A DNA stretch of 64,000 nucleotides. Origin: an uncultured bacterium. GTDB lineage: Bacteria > Acidobacteriota > HRBIN11 > JAKEFK01. The stretch is from NCBI GenBank assembly GCA_963777505.1, contig CAVZQN010000004.1:992001-1056000 (forward strand). The letters are read 5' to 3'. Shown here in pieces: positions 1-8,099 of this stretch. Each line of letters opens with the position of its first letter. The first letter of the stretch is position 1. The notes below the pieces were generated by a model, which worked only from the letters and a program-made list of their open reading frames with translations, made no database searches and had not been told where the DNA came from. A program made the translations under genes and the position numbers.

Positions 1-377
1 AAATCATTCAATCTGCTTACACTAGCTTTAAATCAGGAAATATTGATGGTGTTCTGGCTATTTTGGATGAAAAGGTAGAATGGGAACTGCCCGAAATGAA
101 AAACATTCCGTTCTCAGGCAAACGTACAGGGCGCCAGAATGTAGGTCAATTTTTCTCAACTCTTGCTGAGTTGCAAGAACCGCAGACATTTGAACCGAAA
201 GAATTTGTTTCTGATGGTGACAAAGTTGTTTCCCTTGGAAATTATCGATGGCGCGTCAAGTCAACAAACAAAACTTACGAATGTCCTTTTGTACATGTAT
301 TTACCCTCAGCAACGGTAAAGTAATCCGCTTTCAGGAATTCACCGATACAGCCTTAGCTGTAAACGCGTACGAGTAA
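1..377 (+). CDS. SnoaL/NTF2-like (ketosteroid isomerase-like) protein, 5' end outside window
   Basis: Frame is open from base 3 (IIQSAYTSFKSGNIDGVLAILDEKVEW...) and ends FVHVFTLSNGKVIRFQEFTDT, the typical SnoaL_2 pattern. Confidence 0.85.
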   Translation, partial: IIQSAYTSFKSGNIDGVLAILDEKVEWELPEMKNIPFSGKRTGRQNVGQFFSTLAELQEPQTFEPKEFVSDGDKVVSLGNYRWRVKSTNKTYECPFVHVFTLSNGKVIRFQEFTDTALAVNAYE

Positions 378-385
378 ATTATTTA

Positions 386-410
386 GGGCGGGCCCGAACC
401 CGCCCGCTTT
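386..410 (+). terminator. GC hairpin after the NTF2 gene (terminator or REP-like)
   Basis: GGGCGGG-cccgaa-CCCGCCC followed by gcttt. Confidence 0.45.
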
Positions 411-416
411 CTATCT

Positions 417-434
417 CTCTAACTTAAGTTAGAG
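417..434. promoter_or_regulatory. Perfect 18 bp palindrome, candidate operator
   Basis: CTCTAACTT-AAGTTAGAG in the intergenic region upstream of 572. Confidence 0.4.
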
Positions 435-571
435 GAAAACCATATCCCACTACACTATGGAAATAGCCTCCTCAGGATAGATGTGTTGGAACTTGATTTC
501 GCAGATTATCATCCATGGAAAGCGTGCAATCTGCAGCAATCCAGAAATCTGAAAAACGAGGAGAAAATCAT

Positions 572-1564
572 ATGAGTAAGATAGGATCAGTTGGTAGCAA
601 CGCAGCGACGGCTGTGCTTCCCGAAACAACAGCACCTGCGGCTAAAGTCGAAACAAAAGCTTCAAACGAGATTGCTGCAAATACCACCATCCAGCAGGAT
701 CCCACAGACAAAATGAGTGATCTTAAGATGGAAGGTCAGGCGCGTGAAGCACAAGTACGCGCACAGTATGGAGCGAATCCACAATTCAAAATGCCTGGCG
801 TGGATGTAAAGGGTCCGAATCTTGACGAGCCTAAAGTTCAAGATGGCTTCAAAAACTTCGATAAAAAAATGCCGTCTGTCGATATGAAGTGGCCGGAGAA
901 AGCAGAATGGAAGGAGACCAAAAGCGATGATGGAGTCATTCAACGTGAAATGACTGATGCTAACGGAACTCAATTTAAAGAAAAAATCGACAAGAACGGA
1001 GCTCGTGAGCGTGAATCGATGGATAAAGAAGGGAATCGCCGTTTCGAGATGACCGATTCCAGCGGTTTTGCGATGAAAGGCGGGGCAGACAAGAACAGTA
1101 CATGGACTATCGATAATAAAGGAGTTGCGACAAGAACCTATTCAGATAGCGAAGGCCGCCAGTTTCTGGAAACAAATGGCAACGGACGCAAGCTTCGTGA
1201 AATGATGGATAAAGACCGAAACTATTATAAGGAAACAAAGGAACCGAATGGCAAGACGGAACGTGAATGTGGTGACTCATTCGGCAACCGACAGTTCGAG
1301 ATTAGAGACGAAAAGTCCTGGATGAAGGGTTTTGGAGATAACAAAGGAAATACTTATTCAGTTAATAGTGATGGAACTTCTGTTCGGATGCACCAGGATT
1401 CCACATCTGGAAAAACTTACCTTGATCATAGCCACAAAGATGGAAGCAGAACCCGTCAAATCGCCGAGAGAAACGGTGATACATGGATGGAAACAGTTGA
1501 AGCGAACGGAAAAAGAACCGTCGACAACTTTAAAGTAATAGGGAACGCTTCAGTCAGACAGTAA
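572..1564 (+). CDS. Hypothetical protein with low-complexity N-terminus and DxxG beta-hairpin repeats
   Basis: GAGGAG RBS before ATG 572 (MSKIGSVGSNAATAV); no signal peptide; repeated DANG/DKNG/DKEG/DSSG/DNKG turns. Confidence 0.8.
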   Translation: MSKIGSVGSNAATAVLPETTAPAAKVETKASNEIAANTTIQQDPTDKMSDLKMEGQAREAQVRAQYGANPQFKMPGVDVKGPNLDEPKVQDGFKNFDKKMPSVDMKWPEKAEWKETKSDDGVIQREMTDANGTQFKEKIDKNGARERESMDKEGNRRFEMTDSSGFAMKGGADKNSTWTIDNKGVATRTYSDSEGRQFLETNGNGRKLREMMDKDRNYYKETKEPNGKTERECGDSFGNRQFEIRDEKSWMKGFGDNKGNTYSVNSDGTSVRMHQDSTSGKTYLDHSHKDGSRTRQIAERNGDTWMETVEANGKRTVDNFKVIGNASVRQ

Positions 1565-1576
1565 ATAGAATATTGT

Positions 1577-1606
1577 GGACCGCACTTGTTTTAAGTGCGG
1601 TCCTAC
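1577..1606. terminator. Hairpin after 572-1564 (terminator or GTAG-type REP on minus strand)
   Basis: GGACCGCACTT-gtttt-AAGTGCGGTCC-tac. Confidence 0.55.
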
Positions 1607-1684
1607 TCCCTCCACTAATTCATTTATTTAGCAGGCAAGGATGTCCGCGCTCCGTAAGGCAAAGATGTCTGTGCTTGAGGCATA

Positions 1685-1731
1685 TTGCAATATGTGATGC
1701 AAGTATCATAATATTGCAACGAATGATGCAT
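1685..1731. promoter_or_regulatory. Tandem operator pair WTGCA-N8-TGCAW upstream of the TonB receptor
   Basis: TTGCA-atatgtga-TGCAA (1685-1702) and TTGCA-acgaatga-TGCAT (1714-1731), 29 bp apart; same motif at 13509. Confidence 0.65.
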
Positions 1732-1750
1732 ACTCTCTGAGGAGGAGAAT

Positions 1751-4438
1751 ATGAAGCCTGCTTCTTCACAACAAAAGCCTTTTATCACCACTTTTTATTT
1801 CCTGTCCTTGTTTTTATTGATTGCACTTTTGCCGCAGCATGCGTTTGCGCAGGCAACAGGCGGAAGCATTCAAGGCCATGTCACAGATGATTCCGGTGCA
1901 GGTCTGGCAGACGTTTCTGTTACAGCAGTTCATACAAATACATCCGTCTCGCGTATTGTAAAGACTGATGCGAATGGTTATTACCGGATACCAGAATTGC
2001 GCGTGGGTCCTTATGAAATTACGGTTGACAATTCTGGATTTTCACAACAAGTGAGAAGAGGCGTGACAATCACCATAGGACAGCAAGCAACAATTGACTT
2101 TTCTCTTCAAGTCAGCGGAGCCACTGAAAGTATCGTTGTTGAAGGCGAAGCACCTATCATTGAAATGACGAAAAACTCAATAGGAACCACAATCACAAAC
2201 AAACAAATTGATGATCTTCCTTTGCTTGATCGCGATTTTGTCAGTTTAGCGCTGCTCGCTCCTGGAGTTACTTTTGCGCGAACGGAAGCGACATCTGTTT
2301 CAGGTTCGGGGAGCTCTGGAAGTAGTAATACATTTCTTATCGATGGTTTGAGCAATGATCAGGATTCATTAGGCGATAGTCGCGGTGATTTTTCTCCTGA
2401 TGCTATTGGTGAATTTGAAGTGATGTCAAGCCAGTTCAACGCAGAATATGGACAAGCCTCCGGCGCAATCATTAATGTACTGACACGATCGGGCACCAAT
2501 GATTTTCATGGAAGATTGTCGTTGTTCTATCGCGCAGATGGTCTTGCGGCCAGCAATCCGTTCGCAGAAGAAACGCCTTTTGATGAAACCATTGTTGGTG
2601 GATCGATCGGTGGTCCGTTAATTAAAGACAAAACTTTCTTCTTCGCATCCTATGAACACGACTTTCGTGATGATACAGCGTTTGTAAATATCGATCCTGC
2701 TGTTCTTGCATCATTAGGTTTACCAACTGAAACGAGTTTTGATCAACCACTTCGACAACCACGCTTTCTGGTTAAAGTGGAACATCATCCAAACGCGGAT
2801 CATTCTCTGACTGCTCGCTTCAGACTTGATAACCAAAAAACTGAAAACGCGTTTATCGGCGATGACGCCGGTGGTGCCGTTCTTACCTCAGAGGCCGGAG
2901 TTACCCAAAAGGAGGACAATCTAGATTTTGCGCTTAGCCATACATGGATTGCCTCCGAAAATGCAATCAATGAAGCGCGATTTCAGTATGCGATTCAGGA
3001 CAACGATCTAACTGAAGTGGCTTGTCCGGAATGCCCGACACTTATCAGGCCTAGCTTGATAAGCGGAAAACTCCCAAATTTTCCACAATCCTTTACAGAA
3101 GATCGATGGCAATTTCTCGATTCGTTTAGTTTTAACGTTAACGATAAGGGAGGCGACCACTTCTTGAAAACCGGCATTGATTTCAGTCACATTACATTAG
3201 ATGCATTCGTTCCTCAAAACTTTGCTGGCGTTTTTATTTTTACAACCGACGACCCGTTTGATGCGGCAAATCCTGCTACATACCCGTTCGTCTACCAGGT
3301 TTCCAGTGGTAACCCTGATATCAATATTTCAAACAATGTTTTAGGGCTGTACTTTCAGGATCAATGGATGGTGAATGAATACTTAACTTTGAACCTTGGA
3401 CTTCGTTATGAATACGAAGATCACATATTGATCGAAAACGATAAAAATAATTTTGGTCCGCGCCTTCATTTTTCATGGGATCCTACGCATGAAGGGAAGA
3501 CAGCAATTCGCGGTGGATATGGAAGATACTTTGATCAAATCATGTTGAATGCTCCGCTGCTCGCGTCCATTTTTGAACCAGACCGTTTTCGGACGATAAC
3601 ACTCTTTGCGCCTGGTTATCCTGATCCATTCTCAGGCGGTGTTCCAATTGGTCTTCCTACGGATACGTCCACATTGGTGCCTGGATCGACTCCGGTCAAA
3701 GATACGGCAAGCTTTGGAATTCAGCAGGAACTTAAGCAAGATCTTGCGATCACAGCTGATTTTGTGTATGCCAAAGGAAATAACTTGATTGTGCTGGCGA
3801 ATACTAATCAACCCATAAATGGTGTGCCACCCGATCCAACCATAGGGCTCGCGTTCACGATTCTGACAGAAGGACGTAGTGAATATAAAGCATTGCAAGT
3901 TGGTGTGGAAAAACGGTTCAGCGACCGATACTCCGTCAATCTAGCTTACACGTTGGCAGACACTAAAACCAACGCACACGGTCACCAAAGCTTTGTCTCA
4001 AATGCGTATAATCTGGACGACGATTATGGATCAGCTAGCGATGATGTTACACACACATTGAATGCAGCGGGTCTTGTCGAAATACCATGGGGAATTAAAC
4101 TTGGTGCTTCAACAAATTTCACCTCCGCACCACCATTCAATATTGTTACTGGAATCGACACAAATATGGATGGAACGTTGAACGATCGTCCACCTGGTAC
4201 TGAATACAATACAGGACGCGGAGAATCTCTCTGGACAGTGAACTTAAGGTTGTCCAAAACTTTCGACTTTGGCAGTGCGCGAACCGAATTCTTGGTCGAA
4301 GCTTTCAACCTTTTCAACCGTTCGAACGTTGATGGTTTTGTAGAAAATATGTTGTCTCCAAATTTTGGAGAACCAACCACTGTGGTGGATGAATTTCGTC
4401 CGCGTCAGGTTCAACTAGGATTTCGAGTAGATTTCTAA
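1751..4438 (+). CDS. TonB-dependent receptor, Oar-like, with N-terminal carboxypeptidase regulatory-like domain
   Basis: Signal peptide (AFAQ), GSIQGHVTD domain, plug AEYGQASGAIINVLTRSGTN, FQDQW..LTLNLGLRYE, C-terminal PRQVQLGFRVDF; GAGGAG RBS. Confidence 0.93.
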   Translation: MKPASSQQKPFITTFYFLSLFLLIALLPQHAFAQATGGSIQGHVTDDSGAGLADVSVTAVHTNTSVSRIVKTDANGYYRIPELRVGPYEITVDNSGFSQQVRRGVTITIGQQATIDFSLQVSGATESIVVEGEAPIIEMTKNSIGTTITNKQIDDLPLLDRDFVSLALLAPGVTFARTEATSVSGSGSSGSSNTFLIDGLSNDQDSLGDSRGDFSPDAIGEFEVMSSQFNAEYGQASGAIINVLTRSGTNDFHGRLSLFYRADGLAASNPFAEETPFDETIVGGSIGGPLIKDKTFFFASYEHDFRDDTAFVNIDPAVLASLGLPTETSFDQPLRQPRFLVKVEHHPNADHSLTARFRLDNQKTENAFIGDDAGGAVLTSEAGVTQKEDNLDFALSHTWIASENAINEARFQYAIQDNDLTEVACPECPTLIRPSLISGKLPNFPQSFTEDRWQFLDSFSFNVNDKGGDHFLKTGIDFSHITLDAFVPQNFAGVFIFTTDDPFDAANPATYPFVYQVSSGNPDINISNNVLGLYFQDQWMVNEYLTLNLGLRYEYEDHILIENDKNNFGPRLHFSWDPTHEGKTAIRGGYGRYFDQIMLNAPLLASIFEPDRFRTITLFAPGYPDPFSGGVPIGLPTDTSTLVPGSTPVKDTASFGIQQELKQDLAITADFVYAKGNNLIVLANTNQPINGVPPDPTIGLAFTILTEGRSEYKALQVGVEKRFSDRYSVNLAYTLADTKTNAHGHQSFVSNAYNLDDDYGSASDDVTHTLNAAGLVEIPWGIKLGASTNFTSAPPFNIVTGIDTNMDGTLNDRPPGTEYNTGRGESLWTVNLRLSKTFDFGSARTEFLVEAFNLFNRSNVDGFVENMLSPNFGEPTTVVDEFRPRQVQLGFRVDF

Positions 4439-4452
4439 TCGCTATTAATTTG

Positions 4453-4502
4453 GTAGGGGCCGCCCTTGTGGCGGCCCGGGCGACCACAAGGGTCGCCCCT
4501 AC
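4453..4502. repeat. GTAG-type REP doublet (inverted pair)
   Basis: GTAGGGGCCGCCCTTGTGGCGGCCC joined to GGGCGACCACAAGGGTCGCCCCTAC; second copy at 60875-60946. Confidence 0.8.
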
Positions 4503-4545
4503 TACTTGTGATTCACGATAATCAGATAAAGCAAAGGACAGTAGA

Positions 4546-6468
4546 ATGAAAAACAAAGCAACGACACGCACTCAGTCTCTTTTTTTGAATCTGCTCATAT
4601 TCATCTTTCTTGCGAGCATTGTCAGCGCTCAAACTCCAGCGCCGGAATTAACAGCCGCTGATGTTGGCGCGTATCTGGATGGTTTTATTCCGGCTCAAAT
4701 TAAAAGAGATGATATTGCAGGCGTCGTTGTTGTTGTTGTTAAAGATGGCAGTATTTTGTTTTCCAAAGGCTATGGTTACGCGGATGTGAAGAAAAAGGTT
4801 CCGGTGTCTGTTGATTCAACATTGTTTCGCCCAGGATCCATTTCCAAACTCTTTACATGGACCGCTGTGATGCAGCAAGTTGAACAAGGGAAATTGGATC
4901 TGGATCGCGACATAAATACGTACCTTGATTTCAAAATTCCTGATGCATTTGGCAAACCGATCACTCTTCGTAATCTCATGACACACTCTCCGGGGTTTGA
5001 GGAAGTTATCAAAGATTTGTTTGTAGCTGATCCGAAGCAGATGCCTACGCTTGGACAATACCTGTCAGGTCATATACCCAAACGGATTTTTCCGCCTGGC
5101 GAAACTCCTGCTTATTCGAATTATGGAACAGCACTCGCTGGTTATCTTGTTGAACGCGCTGCGGGAAAGCCTTTGACTCAATACATTGAAGACTCCATCT
5201 TCAAACCGTTAGGAATGTCGAATTCAACATTCGTCCAACCACTTCCGCAGAATTTGGCACCAATGATGTCGAAAGGTTACACAGTTGCTTCAGAAGATCC
5301 TGTCGATTTTGAAGTTGTTTCCGCATATCCGGCTGGATCCTTATCAAGTACAGGAGCGGATATGGCTCGATTCTTAATGGCGCATCTAAATTATGGGCGC
5401 CTGGGAGATTCGCAAATCTTACGTGAAGATACCGCTCGTAAAATGTATACCCGCACCTTAATTCTCGATGAAGCGGCAAATGCGATGTGTCTGGGATTCT
5501 ATGAAGAAAATCGCAACGGGCTTCGAATTATCGGTCATGGTGGGGACACAGTCGCATTTCATAGCGATTCGCATCTGATTCACGAAAAAAATGTAGCTTT
5601 TTTCATTTCCCAAAACAGTGGAGGAAAAGGTGAGTTCAGTTTGCGTTCTGCTGTTTGGGAACATTTCTTAGATCGATATTTTCCATCTCCTCTTAATAGC
5701 AATGTAAAACCGGAAGGTGGAAAAAATGCGAAAGCGGTGAGTGGTAATTATCAGCTCAGCCGCAGAAGTGATTCATTTTTCCGTTTAGCGTATTCACTCC
5801 TCCAATCTAAAGTGACTCCCGATGGTGAAGATAAGATCATCATTCCTGATTTGAAAGATTTAAATGGCAAACCGAAAAAGTGGCGTGAAATCAGGCCTTT
5901 CGTTTTTCAAGAAGTTGACGGACAGGACATTCTAGTATTCAAAGACAAAAATGAAACCAAGCGTCTGATCATCTCATATCCATTTATGGTTTTTGATCGT
6001 GTTTCTTCCCTTAAGAGCAGTATGGTTGTCCTTGTTTTGATCGGCTTCATGCTAACAATCTTTTTGCTTACCCTGATCTTGTGGCCCGTTGCAGCCATTA
6101 TCAGAAGACGCTACGCTGTTCGTCTGGATCGAACACCACAGGAAAACAGAAGGCGTCGGCTTATACGCCTGGTTTGCGCAATCGATCTTCTGTTACTAAT
6201 TGTGTATGGCTTGTTTGTGGCTGAAGGGTTTGAAAGTATTTCCGCATTGACCTCGAAAAACGATGTAATTATCAATGTGTTTCAAGCAATTGCAGTGCTC
6301 GCAGCAATCGCATCACTCTACGTGATTTATCTTGCTTTGAAAGCGTGGTCAAATCCAGCACGAAGATTTTGGGGACGGTTGCATGATACTGCAATCGCAA
6401 TCTCTTGCATCATTTTCGTCTGGGTACTTTTCTTCGGACATCTGCTGGATTTCAGTCTGAATTATTAG
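4546..6468 (+). CDS. Serine hydrolase (beta-lactamase class C/PBP-like) with C-terminal transmembrane helices
   Basis: SxxK (GSISK), YSN, HGG motifs, LMTHSPG; signal peptide; four hydrophobic C-terminal segments. Confidence 0.9.
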   Translation: MKNKATTRTQSLFLNLLIFIFLASIVSAQTPAPELTAADVGAYLDGFIPAQIKRDDIAGVVVVVVKDGSILFSKGYGYADVKKKVPVSVDSTLFRPGSISKLFTWTAVMQQVEQGKLDLDRDINTYLDFKIPDAFGKPITLRNLMTHSPGFEEVIKDLFVADPKQMPTLGQYLSGHIPKRIFPPGETPAYSNYGTALAGYLVERAAGKPLTQYIEDSIFKPLGMSNSTFVQPLPQNLAPMMSKGYTVASEDPVDFEVVSAYPAGSLSSTGADMARFLMAHLNYGRLGDSQILREDTARKMYTRTLILDEAANAMCLGFYEENRNGLRIIGHGGDTVAFHSDSHLIHEKNVAFFISQNSGGKGEFSLRSAVWEHFLDRYFPSPLNSNVKPEGGKNAKAVSGNYQLSRRSDSFFRLAYSLLQSKVTPDGEDKIIIPDLKDLNGKPKKWREIRPFVFQEVDGQDILVFKDKNETKRLIISYPFMVFDRVSSLKSSMVVLVLIGFMLTIFLLTLILWPVAAIIRRRYAVRLDRTPQENRRRRLIRLVCAIDLLLLIVYGLFVAEGFESISALTSKNDVIINVFQAIAVLAAIASLYVIYLALKAWSNPARRFWGRLHDTAIAISCIIFVWVLFFGHLLDFSLNY

Positions 6469-6476
6469 GAATTTTT

Positions 6477-6502
6477 ACCACGGAGTCACGGAGATCACGG
6501 AG
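6477..6502 (+). repeat. ACCRCxRAG-type short intergenic repeat
   Basis: ACCACGGAG-TCACGGAG-ATCACGGAG; related copies at 12528, 14778, 18019, 29096, 34289, 37810, 46858, 51828, 58284. Confidence 0.65.
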
Positions 6503-7517
6503 TTCTTTTCCACTTTCGATAGCTGAGAAAGAGTGTCGCCGCAGAAAATGTTACCGGACTAATAATTGTGAACAGTTTCCCTTTTTGATTGATCCGCTTC
6601 GATTCGGAAATGGCTTTCAGCAGAACCTGAGTTCGTTCGATGCTGCCGCCGTCATTCCAACGAAGATCTAGAATAAGCCGCTCCGCAGAAACTTCTTCAA
6701 TTGCTTTGAAGAGTCTAATTGTAAATGCAAGAAGGGGTTCTTCTTCTTTTTCCCGGGATGCATCGTTGTAATTCACATACATAGTTTTTGATTCGGGAAG
6801 AAATTCAAACCAGTATGGATCTGTGAGGTTTTTCAGCCACAACGGAATACCAGGCTGATTCTTCATTATCTCCGGTGCGTTGAAGTTTTCCGCAGGCACC
6901 GGTTTCAAAGTAATTAAATGTTTATTGTGATCGCTGTCTTCTACTGTAAAGGTTGCTGTTGAAGTATCGCTAATGATTCCAACGCCGGACAATATTTCCG
7001 GTAGCAATAAATATTGAGGAAAGATTCCATGGAATCCGAAAGGGCTGTCCAAAGGTAAGAGGGGTTCAATCTCTTCTTTCACTTTTTCAATTGGTGTTGA
7101 ATTGATTTGTACGATTTTCATCCCTGTGTATTTTGAAAAAGGTGAAGAAGCTGCAACGATGAAAAGGCCATCCGGAGCCGACCACAATTCAAGTGGAAAC
7201 TTCAATGGATAACTTTGGCCATCAAAAGGAAAGAAAATTCCAGTATGACCATCTCCGACCTGCGCAATGAGCTTCGCAAACTCCAGTGGAATCTGTTGTG
7301 GCTTTAATTCAGGCAGTTTTCGGTCCAACGCGTTCGCATTGAGTAGAAATTGTTCTTTGCTGATGGTGTTGTAAAGATTTGCATGCCTTAAATCCAATTG
7401 CTGAATCATAAAATGTAAATCTTCGCGCCATTGCGTTGTTGCCAGTGGCTGTGCAGCATTGATTGGGAAAACATAACAGATGAAAAATATCAGCAGTACA
7501 GGCTTAAGATAATTCAT
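6495..7517 (-). pseudogene. S41 peptidase-like secreted protein, C-terminally truncated
   Basis: Signal peptide, DGHT, LILDLRWNDGGS, TFSAA; ends 13 residues after TFSAA inside a repeat, without the GEPT segment that normally follows. Confidence 0.65.
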
Positions 7518-7622
7518 CTCCTATTAGACTGGCGACGAGATAAATGGTTGATTCAAACGGTTTTGTCTTATAGATCCGGGTATGTGTTAGGAAGGGTATG
7601 AATAGATGTTTCGCATCCAATC

Positions 7623-7955
7623 TTATTTTTTATCCACAGGAAGCCCATTCTTCTTCCATTCGTCAAATCCGCCATAAAGTGGATGTACATTCTTCCAGCC
7701 TTTTTCCAGTAGTTCCTGCGCTACACGAGCGCTTGAGGCTTCATGACTTCACGTACAGTAGCTGACTACTACTTTATCTTTCGGGATTTCTGCAAGATGT
7801 TTTTCTACTTCATCGGCTGGAACACGAATCGCACCAGGCAGTTTCTCATCTGATTCGCCCCAAGCTTTCGGATTCCGTGTGTCGATAAAGGTAAACGGCT
7901 CACCTCGATCCATTCGCTCCTTAATTTCATCAACAGTAATTCGTGTCGGTATCAT
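7623..7955 (-). CDS. Rhodanese-domain protein with in-frame UGA, probable selenoprotein (YCT-U)
   Basis: MIPTRIT..FIDTRN..LPGAI..VVSYCT-TGA(7749-7751)-SHEASSARVAQELLEKGWKNVHPLYGGFDEWKKNGLPVDKK-TAA(7623-7625); the rhodanese C-terminal signature lies in frame after the UGA. Confidence 0.85.
7715..7738 (-). promoter_or_regulatory. Candidate bacterial SECIS hairpin
   Basis: CCU-caa-GCGCU-cgugu-AGCGC-AGG; apical loop starts 22 nt after the UGA, G in second loop position. Confidence 0.6.
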
Positions 7956-8040
7956 ATCTTTCAAATATATGCCTGAAAAATAAAAGCGATTGGCTTCTTC
8001 TTGATCAATCCAAACGTGGGATTTCAAACGTATAACGCAA

Positions 8041-8080
8041 TGAGTGAGGACCCCAGCACTCATGACTCAGTACTCAGCAC
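8041..8080. repeat. Heptamer tandem repeat (CAGCACT-type)
   Basis: cagcact-catgact-cagtact-cagcac, preceded by the inverted remnant tgagtgag. Confidence 0.55.
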
Positions 8081-8099
8081 AAAAAACTAAGGAGAGAAC

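Noticed and set aside
488-519. ECF/HrpL-like promoter GGAACT upstream of 572
   Set aside because: The spacing to any plausible -10 element does not fit.
7956-8063. N-terminal extension of the rhodanese ORF given by the ORF track
   Set aside because: It runs into the heptamer repeat and has no rhodanese similarity; ATG 7955 fits better.
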